Virus record (IMG/VR): IMGVR_UViG_3300047445_000314
Coordinates: 35,207 to 99,206 of that record
Reading direction: 5' to 3' (one strand)
Length of the DNA stretch: 64,000 nucleotides
Origin: a virus
Made by a program: the position numbers and the translations under genes. This document shows, one piece after another, positions 8,916 through 17,593 of this stretch. Within the stretch, counting starts at the first letter, position 1. Each line of letters opens with the position of its first letter. The notes under the pieces were generated by a model that saw nothing but the letters and a program-made list of their open reading frames with translations, had not been told where the DNA came from and searched no databases.

Positions 8916-9367
8916 ACCGCACCGTCCACAGCATCATGCACCGTCCTATTTCCACCTTCGCACAACAACTGATCGACAAAACGGAGAAACCCATGGCACG
9001 CATCACCTATGACGGCCTGTTGTTGCAGGCGCACATCGCCCCCGGCACCACCATGACGCTAGTACAGATCGCCACGGACTTATTCATGGTGGAGGAGGAC
9101 CGCGAACCGAGCAAGGTCGCCATGTGCCGGGCGCGCAGGGCCGCGTTGAACCTGGTCACCATGGGGCAGGCCACCGCCCACCCCAGCAGACACGACATGA
9201 CCCGCATACGCTCCGTCGCGCCGCAGGGCACGCAGTTATCCGCCCTGATGAACCTCGGCGTGCGGCAGGCGATCACCCACCGCCTGGAAGACGAGGATGC
9301 CGCAGCGGACCTGTCCTATCCGGACGTTGCCATAGAGACCCAAGTGGTCGCGCCAGCCACCCCATAA
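8912..9367 (+). CDS. hypothetical protein (possible winged helix)
   Basis: RBS GAGGA; ATGA coupling. Confidence 0.55.
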   Translation: MNRTVHSIMHRPISTFAQQLIDKTEKPMARITYDGLLLQAHIAPGTTMTLVQIATDLFMVEEDREPSKVAMCRARRAALNLVTMGQATAHPSRHDMTRIRSVAPQGTQLSALMNLGVRQAITHRLEDEDAAADLSYPDVAIETQVVAPATP

Positions 9368-9380
9368 AACAGCCGGGCTA

Positions 9381-9389
9381 TGCTATAAT
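9381..9389 (+). promoter_or_regulatory. extended -10 promoter (TGcTATAAT)
   Basis: Consensus extended -10 in an intergenic gap about 45 nt before 9434. Confidence 0.6.
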
Positions 9390-9433
9390 GTACCCAATGA
9401 AGCAGTAATCCACCCCCACCACGAGGAGCGCAT

Positions 9434-9829
9434 ATGCAAGTCGCAAAAACAAACAAGCAGCAAGCAGAGATCGACGAAATTTTCGCGATGATGGAGCAGG
9501 CCATCCGCCTGAATGACTACGGCTCGGACGACTTGCTGTATATGGTCGCCGACCTGATCCCGGTCAACCCGACGCTGGCCTCGGCGATTGCGCAACATGC
9601 GGGAGACTTCATGAAAAACGACGCAGTCGCCGGAGAGACCACCTGGACCGATATCGTGGTCGAGGCCTACCGCCGCGCTTTGTTCGACCTGGAAAAGTCG
9701 CCGCTGTACGGCACCGGCTACATGGTCAATAAGATTGACGCCATGCGCGCCTTCGTCACCCATTACATCAGCAACCACTCCCTGGAAGCGTCCGGGGGCG
9801 GTCATGCCGTCGCCGAGCACGTACAGTAA
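9434..9829 (+). CDS. hypothetical protein
   Basis: RBS GAGGAG. Confidence 0.7.
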   Translation: MQVAKTNKQQAEIDEIFAMMEQAIRLNDYGSDDLLYMVADLIPVNPTLASAIAQHAGDFMKNDAVAGETTWTDIVVEAYRRALFDLEKSPLYGTGYMVNKIDAMRAFVTHYISNHSLEASGGGHAVAEHVQ

Positions 9830-9838
9830 GGAAGCAGC

Positions 9839-9970
9839 ATGAAAAAGCACGTACTCCCCATCGCCGTCATCGCCGCACTGGCTATCTCAGCCTACATCGA
9901 GGTCGGCCTGTGGCGCGAATGCCGTCAGACAGGCAGCATCCTGTATTGCATGCGCGTATTGGGTAATTAA
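9839..9970 (+). CDS. small membrane peptide (43 aa)
   Basis: Not in the track; RBS AAGGA; MKKHVLPIAVIAALAISAYIEVGLW... Confidence 0.55.
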   Translation: MKKHVLPIAVIAALAISAYIEVGLWRECRQTGSILYCMRVLGN

Positions 9971-9993
9971 AGGTAAAATAGCAGGAGGGTTCC

Positions 9994-11061
9994 ATGCAAT
10001 TCGATCCAACAAAAATCAGAGTATCGAAACACTTCATTCTTTCAGATTTTCTGGGCAACCATAGCGTGTACACGCGCGGCATACCGAACATGCTGGACCC
10101 GCACGACCCGGAACTCCCCCTGAAGATGGCCAACCTGCACGCACTGTGCGACGAGTTCCTGGAACCGTTTTTGGAGCAGGCCGGGCCGTTGTCGATCTCG
10201 TACTCCTACATCACACCGGAGCTGTCCGATGAAATTGTCCACTATCAGGATTCCCGTAAGCCGTCTCATCACCAATTCAACCTTGGCGCGGCGGCAGATA
10301 TTATCTCCCACGAATGGGTCAACGCCGACCCCGAAGACGACAGCGCCACCAGCGCGCCAGTTATGCTGGCTCATGAAATTGCCAGCAGTGGGTACCCTCT
10401 CTCCCGACTCATTACCTATTCGGAGTCGCCGTATCTTTGCGTTGCTGTATCGGCATCCGAAGTTGCGGAAGGCAAGCCGCGTGGCGCGTTCTATGAAAAT
10501 CGCTACACCGGCCACAAAGGCGAGAAGCCTGACTACCGCAAGTACCCGTCACCGGCTGCAAAGCATGGCGCGCTGGCGGCTCTTGTAAAGGAAGGCCTCT
10601 CCCACGGCTGGCGCGGGCAGGGCTACCCCAGTTACCATGGACACGGCCGCCGCCAGTACCATCATATCCGGGTATCCGACTACAGCATGCTCTCCGACTG
10701 GCTATTCGATTTGCAATCAGTTGCAAACGGCGCGAAAAACATCCCGAACGTACAGAATCCCAACTTGATGGAATCCTTCTACCTCGCGGGCGATCTATAC
10801 GACAGCCTGATCAAGGAAGGCGGTCACAACCGCTACTCGATCATCAGCGGGTATGTCGATCACGCCAACCCGTCCTTCGTGAAGGAAAACGACTGGGCGC
10901 GGGGCCAGGGCTGGTTCACCGTAGTCATGCCGGAAGGGGTGGAGGTCGCGCAGGTGATGACGAACATGACCCCTGCCACCGCCACCCAGCCGATCTGGGA
11001 GCACGCCTATATACAGGACATGGGCGAGGGCAAGATGCGGGTCCATTTCCAACAACAATGA
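9994..11061 (+). CDS. peptidase M15-like protein with two tandem domains
   Basis: SKHFILSDFL...LEPF...ISYSY...SHHQFNLGAAADI; second copy RVSDYSMLSDWL...IISGY. Confidence 0.6.
   Translation: MQFDPTKIRVSKHFILSDFLGNHSVYTRGIPNMLDPHDPELPLKMANLHALCDEFLEPFLEQAGPLSISYSYITPELSDEIVHYQDSRKPSHHQFNLGAAADIISHEWVNADPEDDSATSAPVMLAHEIASSGYPLSRLITYSESPYLCVAVSASEVAEGKPRGAFYENRYTGHKGEKPDYRKYPSPAAKHGALAALVKEGLSHGWRGQGYPSYHGHGRRQYHHIRVSDYSMLSDWLFDLQSVANGAKNIPNVQNPNLMESFYLAGDLYDSLIKEGGHNRYSIISGYVDHANPSFVKENDWARGQGWFTVVMPEGVEVAQVMTNMTPATATQPIWEHAYIQDMGEGKMRVHFQQQ
10711..10726. repeat. motif copy 7 (TTGCAATCAGTTGCAA), in CDS (LQSVA)
   Basis: One mismatch. Confidence 0.9.
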
Positions 11062-11074
11062 AAGAGGGACGGAT

Positions 11075-11455
11075 ATGGTGGTAAGGGAGCGGGTAAAGAA
11101 GTCGAAGACCACGGCGCGCGCACCACGACGCTGGCCGGACATGGATAGATTCGACATAGCGCGGCGGCGCAAGCCCGCGATACAGGGCGGACTATCCTCC
11201 ACCGTCCTATACGAGGACAAGGGTTACGTGGATATCCGCTTCAACACGTACCTGATCCATACGGTCGGTATTCGGATGCCGCGCGGGGTCTCCGCGCAGG
11301 ACCCAGCCTTCATGCTGGTCCGCTACAACAAGATCAGGGAAGAGTTTCAATTGCTCGCGCAGTATCTCAACGAAATAGGCCAGAATAACGAGCAATACTA
11401 TATACTCAGCATGCAGGAGTTGCCCAAGTGGCTGCTCAGGGTAAAACCGCTTTAA
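11075..11455 (+). CDS. hypothetical protein
   Basis: RBS GAGG. Confidence 0.6.
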   Translation: MVVRERVKKSKTTARAPRRWPDMDRFDIARRRKPAIQGGLSSTVLYEDKGYVDIRFNTYLIHTVGIRMPRGVSAQDPAFMLVRYNKIREEFQLLAQYLNEIGQNNEQYYILSMQELPKWLLRVKPL

Positions 11456-11489
11456 TTACGAACAACCCCGGTAAAAGGAACAATACACA

Positions 11490-11858
11490 ATGGCAACCAT
11501 TCGCAGGGCACCGCGCCCCTCCGCGCCGGTAGCAGAACCATCACCAGAAGCCCTCAAGCCTCCCGCCCCGCCATCGCGCGCGGAACTGCTCGGCGCTACC
11601 AAGGAAGATGGTGAGATCGGCTCCAGCCGGGTTGACTACGTTGCCGTCATCCAACGCTACCAGGACAAGGTGTCCAATCGCGGTACGGCCATTCGCGCAA
11701 AATGCGTCGAGTGCTCGGGCGGGGCTTTGTCCGAGGTGCGCGATTGCCCGATCACCAAATGTGCGCTGTGGCCATATAGGATGGGCACCGACCCGAATAA
11801 CAAAAAGACCGCAGCCAAGCTGGCCAAGGGTATCGACAACGAGGAGGATGAGGAATGA
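11490..11858 (+). CDS. conserved phage zinc-binding protein
   Basis: AIRAKCVECSGG...VRDCPITKCALWPYRMG. Confidence 0.7.
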   Translation: MATIRRAPRPSAPVAEPSPEALKPPAPPSRAELLGATKEDGEIGSSRVDYVAVIQRYQDKVSNRGTAIRAKCVECSGGALSEVRDCPITKCALWPYRMGTDPNNKKTAAKLAKGIDNEEDEE

Positions 11859-12556
11859 GCTATAACAAGGATCGCGGCCAGAAGGTGCCGATGATAATCG
11901 GGATGTACGGCCTACCGCGCAGTGGCAAGGACACCGCCGCCGACTTGATGGTCAACGAGTTCGGTTTCGCGAAGGAGAGCTTCGCCAAGCCGTTGTACGA
12001 GGAAGTGGCCGCCGCCTTCAACGTCACGATTGAGAACCTGCAATCGAGCGCGTGGAAGACTTACGAGGCACCCGAGCTGTCATTGTATAACTGCAATGAT
12101 CATGACTTTGTCGATGCCATCCGCGCCATCGAGCTGTTCTACGGCATGAATTCGTCGGAGCATGAGCAGGCGTTCGACAAATTCGAGTACAGCCCGCGCA
12201 CCTCGCGCTTCATCCTGCAACGCTGGGCCACCGAGTACCGGCGCGCAGACGACCCGCTGTATTGGGTATGGAAGATGCGGGAACGGCTGGTCCCGTTGCT
12301 GGAGGCGGGCCGCGACGTGGTCATCGCCGACCTGCGCGAGGAGCCGGAAGTTCAGCTCCTGCTCGGCCACGCCACCGCGCTGGGTCTACCGATCCGCATC
12401 CTGGAAGTCACGCGCGAGGGCACGGTATCCAATGGGCATAGTTCGGACAACGCCCTGCCGCGCCACTACATCCACACTACCATCCGCAATGACCATCTCG
12501 ACGAGTATCTGTCGACCATCCGCCGCACCATCAACAACGTCAGGAGAACCAAATGA
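11855..12556 (+). CDS. deoxynucleoside monophosphate kinase
   Basis: IIGMYGLPRSGKDTAA P-loop, SFAKPL, R.ILQRWATEY.R, VVIADLR. Confidence 0.85.
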   Translation: MSYNKDRGQKVPMIIGMYGLPRSGKDTAADLMVNEFGFAKESFAKPLYEEVAAAFNVTIENLQSSAWKTYEAPELSLYNCNDHDFVDAIRAIELFYGMNSSEHEQAFDKFEYSPRTSRFILQRWATEYRRADDPLYWVWKMRERLVPLLEAGRDVVIADLREEPEVQLLLGHATALGLPIRILEVTREGTVSNGHSSDNALPRHYIHTTIRNDHLDEYLSTIRRTINNVRRTK

Positions 12557-13335
12557 GCACGAAAGAACCTAATATCATCACCCCCTTTCAGCGCGTCGCT
12601 GCAATGAATGTCGCGTTCGGCAATCCAGCAGGAGAGCCGGGCGACATCGACTGGGAGCGTATCCGCAAGCAATGTCTGAATATTCCGGACGAGGTCGGCG
12701 AGCTGTTCATTGCGCTTGGCTGCGACCCTACCCGCGTCAAGGCCATCCTGTATTCACTCAAGCGTTGCATGGACGAACGGCTCTGTACTACCGACCCGCT
12801 CGGCGTGCGCGATGCCTTGTGTGACATCAATGTCTTCTCCAACGGTGCGCACCATCTGATGGGGATCGACGCCGACCGCGACATGCACAGCGTCATCGAC
12901 GGCGTGATGACCCGGTTTATCAAAGATGATGACGACCAAGCAGCTACCATCGAGAAACACAGGGCGCTCGGAGTCACGCACGTCTATTTCGAGGGCGACT
13001 ATCCGACCATGATCATGAAATCGGCGCTCGACCAGCCCGACGCGCCGAAAGGCAAGTTCCTGAAATCCGCCAGCTATGCCGAACCGGTGTTCTACGATCC
13101 GCTCGCGGAACAGAACCTGCGCGGCTTCATGTCGGTAGTAGACACCGATGATTATTTTGCTTTCCCCTGCGCCGACCTGGTCACCCAGCCGGAAGCCGCG
13201 CAGGCCGACATCGGCAACGTAGTTAACGGCCACCTGGTACTCGGCAAGCCGATATTTGCCGACGCTCTGGACCTTCACCGCACGCGCTTCGGCAGCGGCT
13301 TTGAAGTTGATATTCCGAAATGTAGCCTGGACTAA
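12553..13335 (+). CDS. all-alpha NTP pyrophosphohydrolase (MazG/PRA-PH-like)
   Basis: DEVGEL...VRDALCDI...KGKFLKSASY pattern. Confidence 0.7.
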   Translation: MSTKEPNIITPFQRVAAMNVAFGNPAGEPGDIDWERIRKQCLNIPDEVGELFIALGCDPTRVKAILYSLKRCMDERLCTTDPLGVRDALCDINVFSNGAHHLMGIDADRDMHSVIDGVMTRFIKDDDDQAATIEKHRALGVTHVYFEGDYPTMIMKSALDQPDAPKGKFLKSASYAEPVFYDPLAEQNLRGFMSVVDTDDYFAFPCADLVTQPEAAQADIGNVVNGHLVLGKPIFADALDLHRTRFGSGFEVDIPKCSLD

Positions 13336-13348
13336 ATTACAGTCCTAT

Positions 13349-13364
13349 TTGCAATTGATTGCAA
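13349..13364. repeat. motif copy 8 (TTGCAATTGATTGCAA), intergenic
   Basis: Just before a terminator. Confidence 0.9.
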
Positions 13365-13375
13365 AGCATGTTACG

Positions 13376-13401
13376 AAAGCCGCCTTCGGGGCGGCTTTTT
13401 T
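13376..13401 (+). terminator. intrinsic terminator
   Basis: aaagccgcc-ttcg-gggcggc followed by tttttt. Confidence 0.85.
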
Positions 13402-13402
13402 A

Positions 13403-13432
13403 TTGCCCGCAGTATAGACTCTGCGGTATGAT
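13403..13432 (+). promoter_or_regulatory. sigma70-like promoter candidate for the head operon
   Basis: TTGCCC-18-TATGAT. Confidence 0.4.
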
Positions 13433-13473
13433 CGCCTCCATTGATTTTAGTCATCTTGGCGAGGGGATCGGAA

Positions 13474-13827
13474 ATGCCAACAGATAGTGTATATAGCGCG
13501 GAAGTAATGGACGTCTTCTCCGGCGACGACCTGGTCCTCATGGTCGACCTCGGCGTGGAAGGCTTGCACAAGCGCCAGCGCGTCCGCCTGTACGGCGTCG
13601 ACACCCCCAACGCGGTCAATGCGGGCCAGGACACCGACGCGGGCAAGGTCCGCGCGCTGATCCGCAGCATGACTCGCGACCGCAAGGTCACCCTCACCGT
13701 CCACTCGCGCGTCGGCACAAGCTGGGTAGGCACCGTCCTGGTCCACACCCGCGACGGGGACATCCAGTTGAACCAGTTCCTGATCGAGCGCGGCTTCTCC
13801 TATCAACGTGAAAAGAGCGCACCATGA
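13474..13827 (+). CDS. thermonuclease (SNase)-like protein, possibly inactive
   Basis: VMDVFSGDDLVLMVDLG...RVRLYGVDTP...LNQFLIERGF. Confidence 0.7.
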   Translation: MPTDSVYSAEVMDVFSGDDLVLMVDLGVEGLHKRQRVRLYGVDTPNAVNAGQDTDAGKVRALIRSMTRDRKVTLTVHSRVGTSWVGTVLVHTRDGDIQLNQFLIERGFSYQREKSAP

Positions 13828-15443
13828 GCAATAACCGTATCACCCGCACCGCGCGCCCGAGTAAGGAACGCAGCATCACTGCCACCGCGCGCACCATCAC
13901 CATCAACCGCGCCGACCATTCGACCAGCAACCAGTCGGTATATGTCGACCAGATGGAAGCCATCCTGAATGGCTCCGGCATGGCGGGCACCGTCCTGCCA
14001 ACGCCATTCGACATCCCGCAGCTCTACCAGATGATCAGCCGCTCCTCCATGCTGCCACAGTGTATCGACGCAATGGTGGTCAACACGGTCGAGTCCGGCT
14101 GGGAGGTCAAGCCGCTGTCGAAAAAGATCACCGTCGATCCGGACGAGGAGGACGAGCTGGAATCGTTCGTCACCCGCGCCAATACCGAGGAATCGCTGGC
14201 AGGCGTGATGAGCAAGGTCGTGCGCGACCGCGAATCGGTCGGCTTCGGCTTCATGGAGGTGATCCGCGACCGGGGAGGCAATATCTCGTTACTGCGTCAC
14301 GCCCCCTCGCTGACCACGCGCCTGACTGCGCGCCACCAGAAGGAGGTGCCGGTCAAGTACGACGTGCCGCGCGGCAAGCGTACCGCCGTGGTTACCGAAT
14401 ACAAGCTGTTCCGCAAATATGTGCAACTTGTCGGCGGTAAGCTGATCTTCTTCCGCGAATTCGGCGACCCACGCAAGATGGATTCGGTCACGGGGGCCTT
14501 CGAGGGCGAGCCTGGCTTCCCTCTTGGTGACGTCAAACTAGCCACCGAGATTTACCACACACGACTACCTTCCAACGACGCCTACGGCCTACCGCGCTGG
14601 CTGAGCCAGATACCGTCGATGATCGGTTCGCGCGAGGCCGAGGAAGTGAATATGAGATTTTTCGAGGACAACACCATCCCGCCCGCGATGATCACCGTCT
14701 CCGGTGGACGGCTGACCGCCGCCTCGTATCAGGAAATTCAGCGCGTGATCAACACCGGCACTGGTAAGGAGCGTCAGAACAAGATGATCCTGATCGAGGC
14801 GGTGGGTGATGGCGACACCATAGACAAAGGTGCCTCGCCGATCACGATCCACATTGAAAAGCTCACCAGCGAGCGCCCCTCCGACGGCCTGTTCAAGACT
14901 TACAAGGAAGGCAACCAGGCCGACCTACGCAGCTCGTTCCGCCTGCCGCCGATCTCGGTCGGCATGTCGCAGGACGCCAATTTCGCCACGGCGAATGTCA
15001 GCCAGTTTGTAGCCGAGGCACAAGTATTTGCACCGGCCCGCCAGCGCGAGGACGAGGCGCTGAACAACCTGATCGTGCATGGACGTAATGGTCTGCGCCT
15101 GAAAACCGTGAAACTGGTGGCCCGGCCGCCGTCGATCTCCTCGCCGGAGATGACGATGAAAGCATTGACCGCGCTGAACGTCATGGGCGCGGTCACGCCG
15201 CGCTCGGCGCAGATCGTCGCCAACGCGCTGTTGCAGATCGAGCTGCCGCCGTATCCGGAAAAAGGCGAGGATGGCTACGAGGACTGGATGGACATGCCGA
15301 TGCCGCTTTCCATGAAAGCGTCGGGCGCGGCGGAGGTCCCGGCCAACACGCATGATGAGCAGGCAGGCAAGGACGCGGCGGGTAAAGCCCTAGAGGCTAA
15401 CGGCAATGTCGCCCCGGCCTCGCCGGAACACGGCCAGGAGTAA
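13824..15443 (+). CDS. portal protein (PBSX/HK97-fold)
   Basis: GFGFMEVIRD...YGLPRW...FFEDNTIP...SFRLPPISVG; position before protease and capsid. Confidence 0.9.
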   Translation: MSNNRITRTARPSKERSITATARTITINRADHSTSNQSVYVDQMEAILNGSGMAGTVLPTPFDIPQLYQMISRSSMLPQCIDAMVVNTVESGWEVKPLSKKITVDPDEEDELESFVTRANTEESLAGVMSKVVRDRESVGFGFMEVIRDRGGNISLLRHAPSLTTRLTARHQKEVPVKYDVPRGKRTAVVTEYKLFRKYVQLVGGKLIFFREFGDPRKMDSVTGAFEGEPGFPLGDVKLATEIYHTRLPSNDAYGLPRWLSQIPSMIGSREAEEVNMRFFEDNTIPPAMITVSGGRLTAASYQEIQRVINTGTGKERQNKMILIEAVGDGDTIDKGASPITIHIEKLTSERPSDGLFKTYKEGNQADLRSSFRLPPISVGMSQDANFATANVSQFVAEAQVFAPARQREDEALNNLIVHGRNGLRLKTVKLVARPPSISSPEMTMKALTALNVMGAVTPRSAQIVANALLQIELPPYPEKGEDGYEDWMDMPMPLSMKASGAAEVPANTHDEQAGKDAAGKALEANGNVAPASPEHGQE

Positions 15444-15446
15444 GCC

Positions 15447-16022
15447 ATGGCCCATAAATTCATCCGGCGCGACGGCGAGGGCTGGGAGCAGGTGGTCATG
15501 GCGGAAATCCTGATCCCCGACACACCCAACACCTATGGCGACATCTACACCCACGCCGCCATCAAGGAATTCGCCTACCAGTTCGCCATGCAAGGTTACG
15601 GTATCGACGTCAACCACAATCAGGATGACGTCACCGGCAAGGTGTACGTGGTCGAGAGCTTCATCGTGCGGCCGGGCGACCCGGACTTCATCGAAGGCTC
15701 GTGGGTGGTGGCCATGAAAATTCTCGATCCGGATATCTGGCAAAAAGTGCTCGATGGCGAAATCAATGGCTATTCCTTTGAAGCACTGGTTACAATGCTG
15801 CCTATTCAGATCGACAACTTGCGTAATCGCATCATCACCGGCATCACGCATCCCGACCTGTTCGACGGACACACGCATACCTACTCGGTGGTGGTGGATA
15901 CGCTGAACAAGCCGGTGTCGGGCGGGACTGGCGTCACGGATGGGCATTCGCATAATATCAGCACCCATACGTTTACGGATATTGCCGATGCTCACTCGCA
16001 CCGGTTCGATGTAATTGAATAA
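15447..16022 (+). CDS. XkdF-like prohead serine protease with His-rich C-terminus
   Basis: IPDTPNTYGD...DVNH...VVESFI...GSWVVAMK...WQKVLDGEINGYSFE; three [GA]H[TS]H repeats. Confidence 0.8.
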   Translation: MAHKFIRRDGEGWEQVVMAEILIPDTPNTYGDIYTHAAIKEFAYQFAMQGYGIDVNHNQDDVTGKVYVVESFIVRPGDPDFIEGSWVVAMKILDPDIWQKVLDGEINGYSFEALVTMLPIQIDNLRNRIITGITHPDLFDGHTHTYSVVVDTLNKPVSGGTGVTDGHSHNISTHTFTDIADAHSHRFDVIE

Positions 16023-16051
16023 CGCATTTACGTAATTTAAGGAGAAGTGAT

Positions 16052-17551
16052 ATGACCAGCAAACGCATTGCCCGCAGCGCAGCCGGTAACCTCGTCAAGG
16101 TGGACACGCCGGAATTCCTGAGCCTGGTCGGCAAGCCCGCCAACCAGCGCCCGTTCCAGATCATCCGTTCGGCCCGCCCAGCCAAGGCCAAGCGCGGCGA
16201 GGACGCGGTCCTGATGATCACCTTCCCAGATGACTACACCGAGGAAGACGCCGCCGCCGCGCTGGAGAGCTTCGGCATGGAAGGCTACACCCTGGTGGTC
16301 GAGGAGACGCTGTGCTACGCCTACCGCAGCGATTTGCAATCAGTTGCAAAAGTCCAGGAACTGAAGCCCACCACGGTACGCCTGACCTCGGACGGCGTCA
16401 CGGCACACATCGATCCGGCGCAATACCAGCCGAAATCGGGCAGCGAAGGCACCGGCATTGGCGTGTGCCGTTACGAATTCACCAAAACCACGTTCGATAA
16501 TGACAAAATTATTGCGTGGGGTAATCAAAATGGTGTTGACATTTCCGTCGACGCCATCGAGAATTCGTCCAGCGATGTGATTTCGGTTTCCCGCGCGCAA
16601 CTTACCGAGGGTACCGAGGTCCGCAGGATGGAGCTGGAGGCAGGTGTCACCGCCGTCATCGTCCGCACCGATGGCATGCAGATCATCGACGGCGCGATCA
16701 AGATTCCGGACGGCTTTGTCGCCGTGGTCAATGAAGCAGCCTACGGCAACTGGGGCTGGGGTCAGATGGACTTCTACGCAGCCAGCGCCGACCGCGCCTT
16801 CTGCGAAGAGATGGAAGACGCGGCGTGGCGTCTGCGGGATGTGATGAGCAACATCATGTTCTACAACCAGCTTCCGCTGGATACCCGCAAGCAACTGGTG
16901 ACGCGGTGCTTGCAGCAATATGGACAGTTCATCTCGGATGCAATGGATGCGCTGCCCCGTCAAGTTTTGCTGCTCGCCAGTCGCGCAGATTCCATTAAAC
17001 GAAAGGATGTTGACATGACTATCGATGCCGTGAAAGCCCAGCAAGAACTGGACAAGATCGTCGCCAAACGCGCCGCCGATGAAAAAATCGCCCAGGATGC
17101 CGCCGATAAGGCTGCCGCCGAGAAAGCAGAAATCCAGCGCGCCGCTGACGAGAAAATCGCCACCGACAAGGCTGCTGCTGACAAGGCCACCGCCGACGCG
17201 GTCTCGCTGACCATGACCCGCGCCGACCTGGACAAGATGATCGCCGACGCCGTGGCCAAGGCTACCACCGCCGCGCCTGCTGTCACGACCGAAACCGCCG
17301 TACGCAGCGAAGCCACCACCACGACTACCACGACTCCTGCTACCGCAGAAGCTCCGGTCGCCATCACCCGTGCCGATCTGGAAGCCCTGCTGGCTGCCGC
17401 CGTCGCCCCGCTGGCGGAAAAGGTCGGCCGCCTGGAAGGCACCACCATCGTCCGCAGCGCGGATGGCAACGAAACTGCCGCTGTGACCGCTACCGAGAAG
17501 AGAAGTGTCTTCCGTGGCATCTTCAACAATCTGACCGGCACCCCCGAGTAA
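16052..17551 (+). CDS. head maturation/scaffolding protein
   Basis: Between protease and capsid; N-terminal EFLSLVGKPAN; Ala/Lys/Asp-rich coiled-coil C-terminus. Confidence 0.7.
   Translation: MTSKRIARSAAGNLVKVDTPEFLSLVGKPANQRPFQIIRSARPAKAKRGEDAVLMITFPDDYTEEDAAAALESFGMEGYTLVVEETLCYAYRSDLQSVAKVQELKPTTVRLTSDGVTAHIDPAQYQPKSGSEGTGIGVCRYEFTKTTFDNDKIIAWGNQNGVDISVDAIENSSSDVISVSRAQLTEGTEVRRMELEAGVTAVIVRTDGMQIIDGAIKIPDGFVAVVNEAAYGNWGWGQMDFYAASADRAFCEEMEDAAWRLRDVMSNIMFYNQLPLDTRKQLVTRCLQQYGQFISDAMDALPRQVLLLASRADSIKRKDVDMTIDAVKAQQELDKIVAKRAADEKIAQDAADKAAAEKAEIQRAADEKIATDKAAADKATADAVSLTMTRADLDKMIADAVAKATTAAPAVTTETAVRSEATTTTTTTPATAEAPVAITRADLEALLAAAVAPLAEKVGRLEGTTIVRSADGNETAAVTATEKRSVFRGIFNNLTGTPE
16334..16349. 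repeat. motif copy 9 (TTGCAATCAGTTGCAA), in CDS (LQSVA)
   Basis: Identical to copy 7. Confidence 0.9.
17015..17551 (+). CDS. putative nested in-frame scaffold protein
   Basis: Internal RBS AAAGGA and in-frame ATG at 17015, at the start of the coiled-coil region. Confidence 0.5.
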   Translation: MTIDAVKAQQELDKIVAKRAADEKIAQDAADKAAAEKAEIQRAADEKIATDKAAADKATADAVSLTMTRADLDKMIADAVAKATTAAPAVTTETAVRSEATTTTTTTPATAEAPVAITRADLEALLAAAVAPLAEKVGRLEGTTIVRSADGNETAAVTATEKRSVFRGIFNNLTGTPE

Positions 17552-17593
17552 CCTGGCGCGTAGCATCTTTTCACCTTACTAACGGAGTAACAA

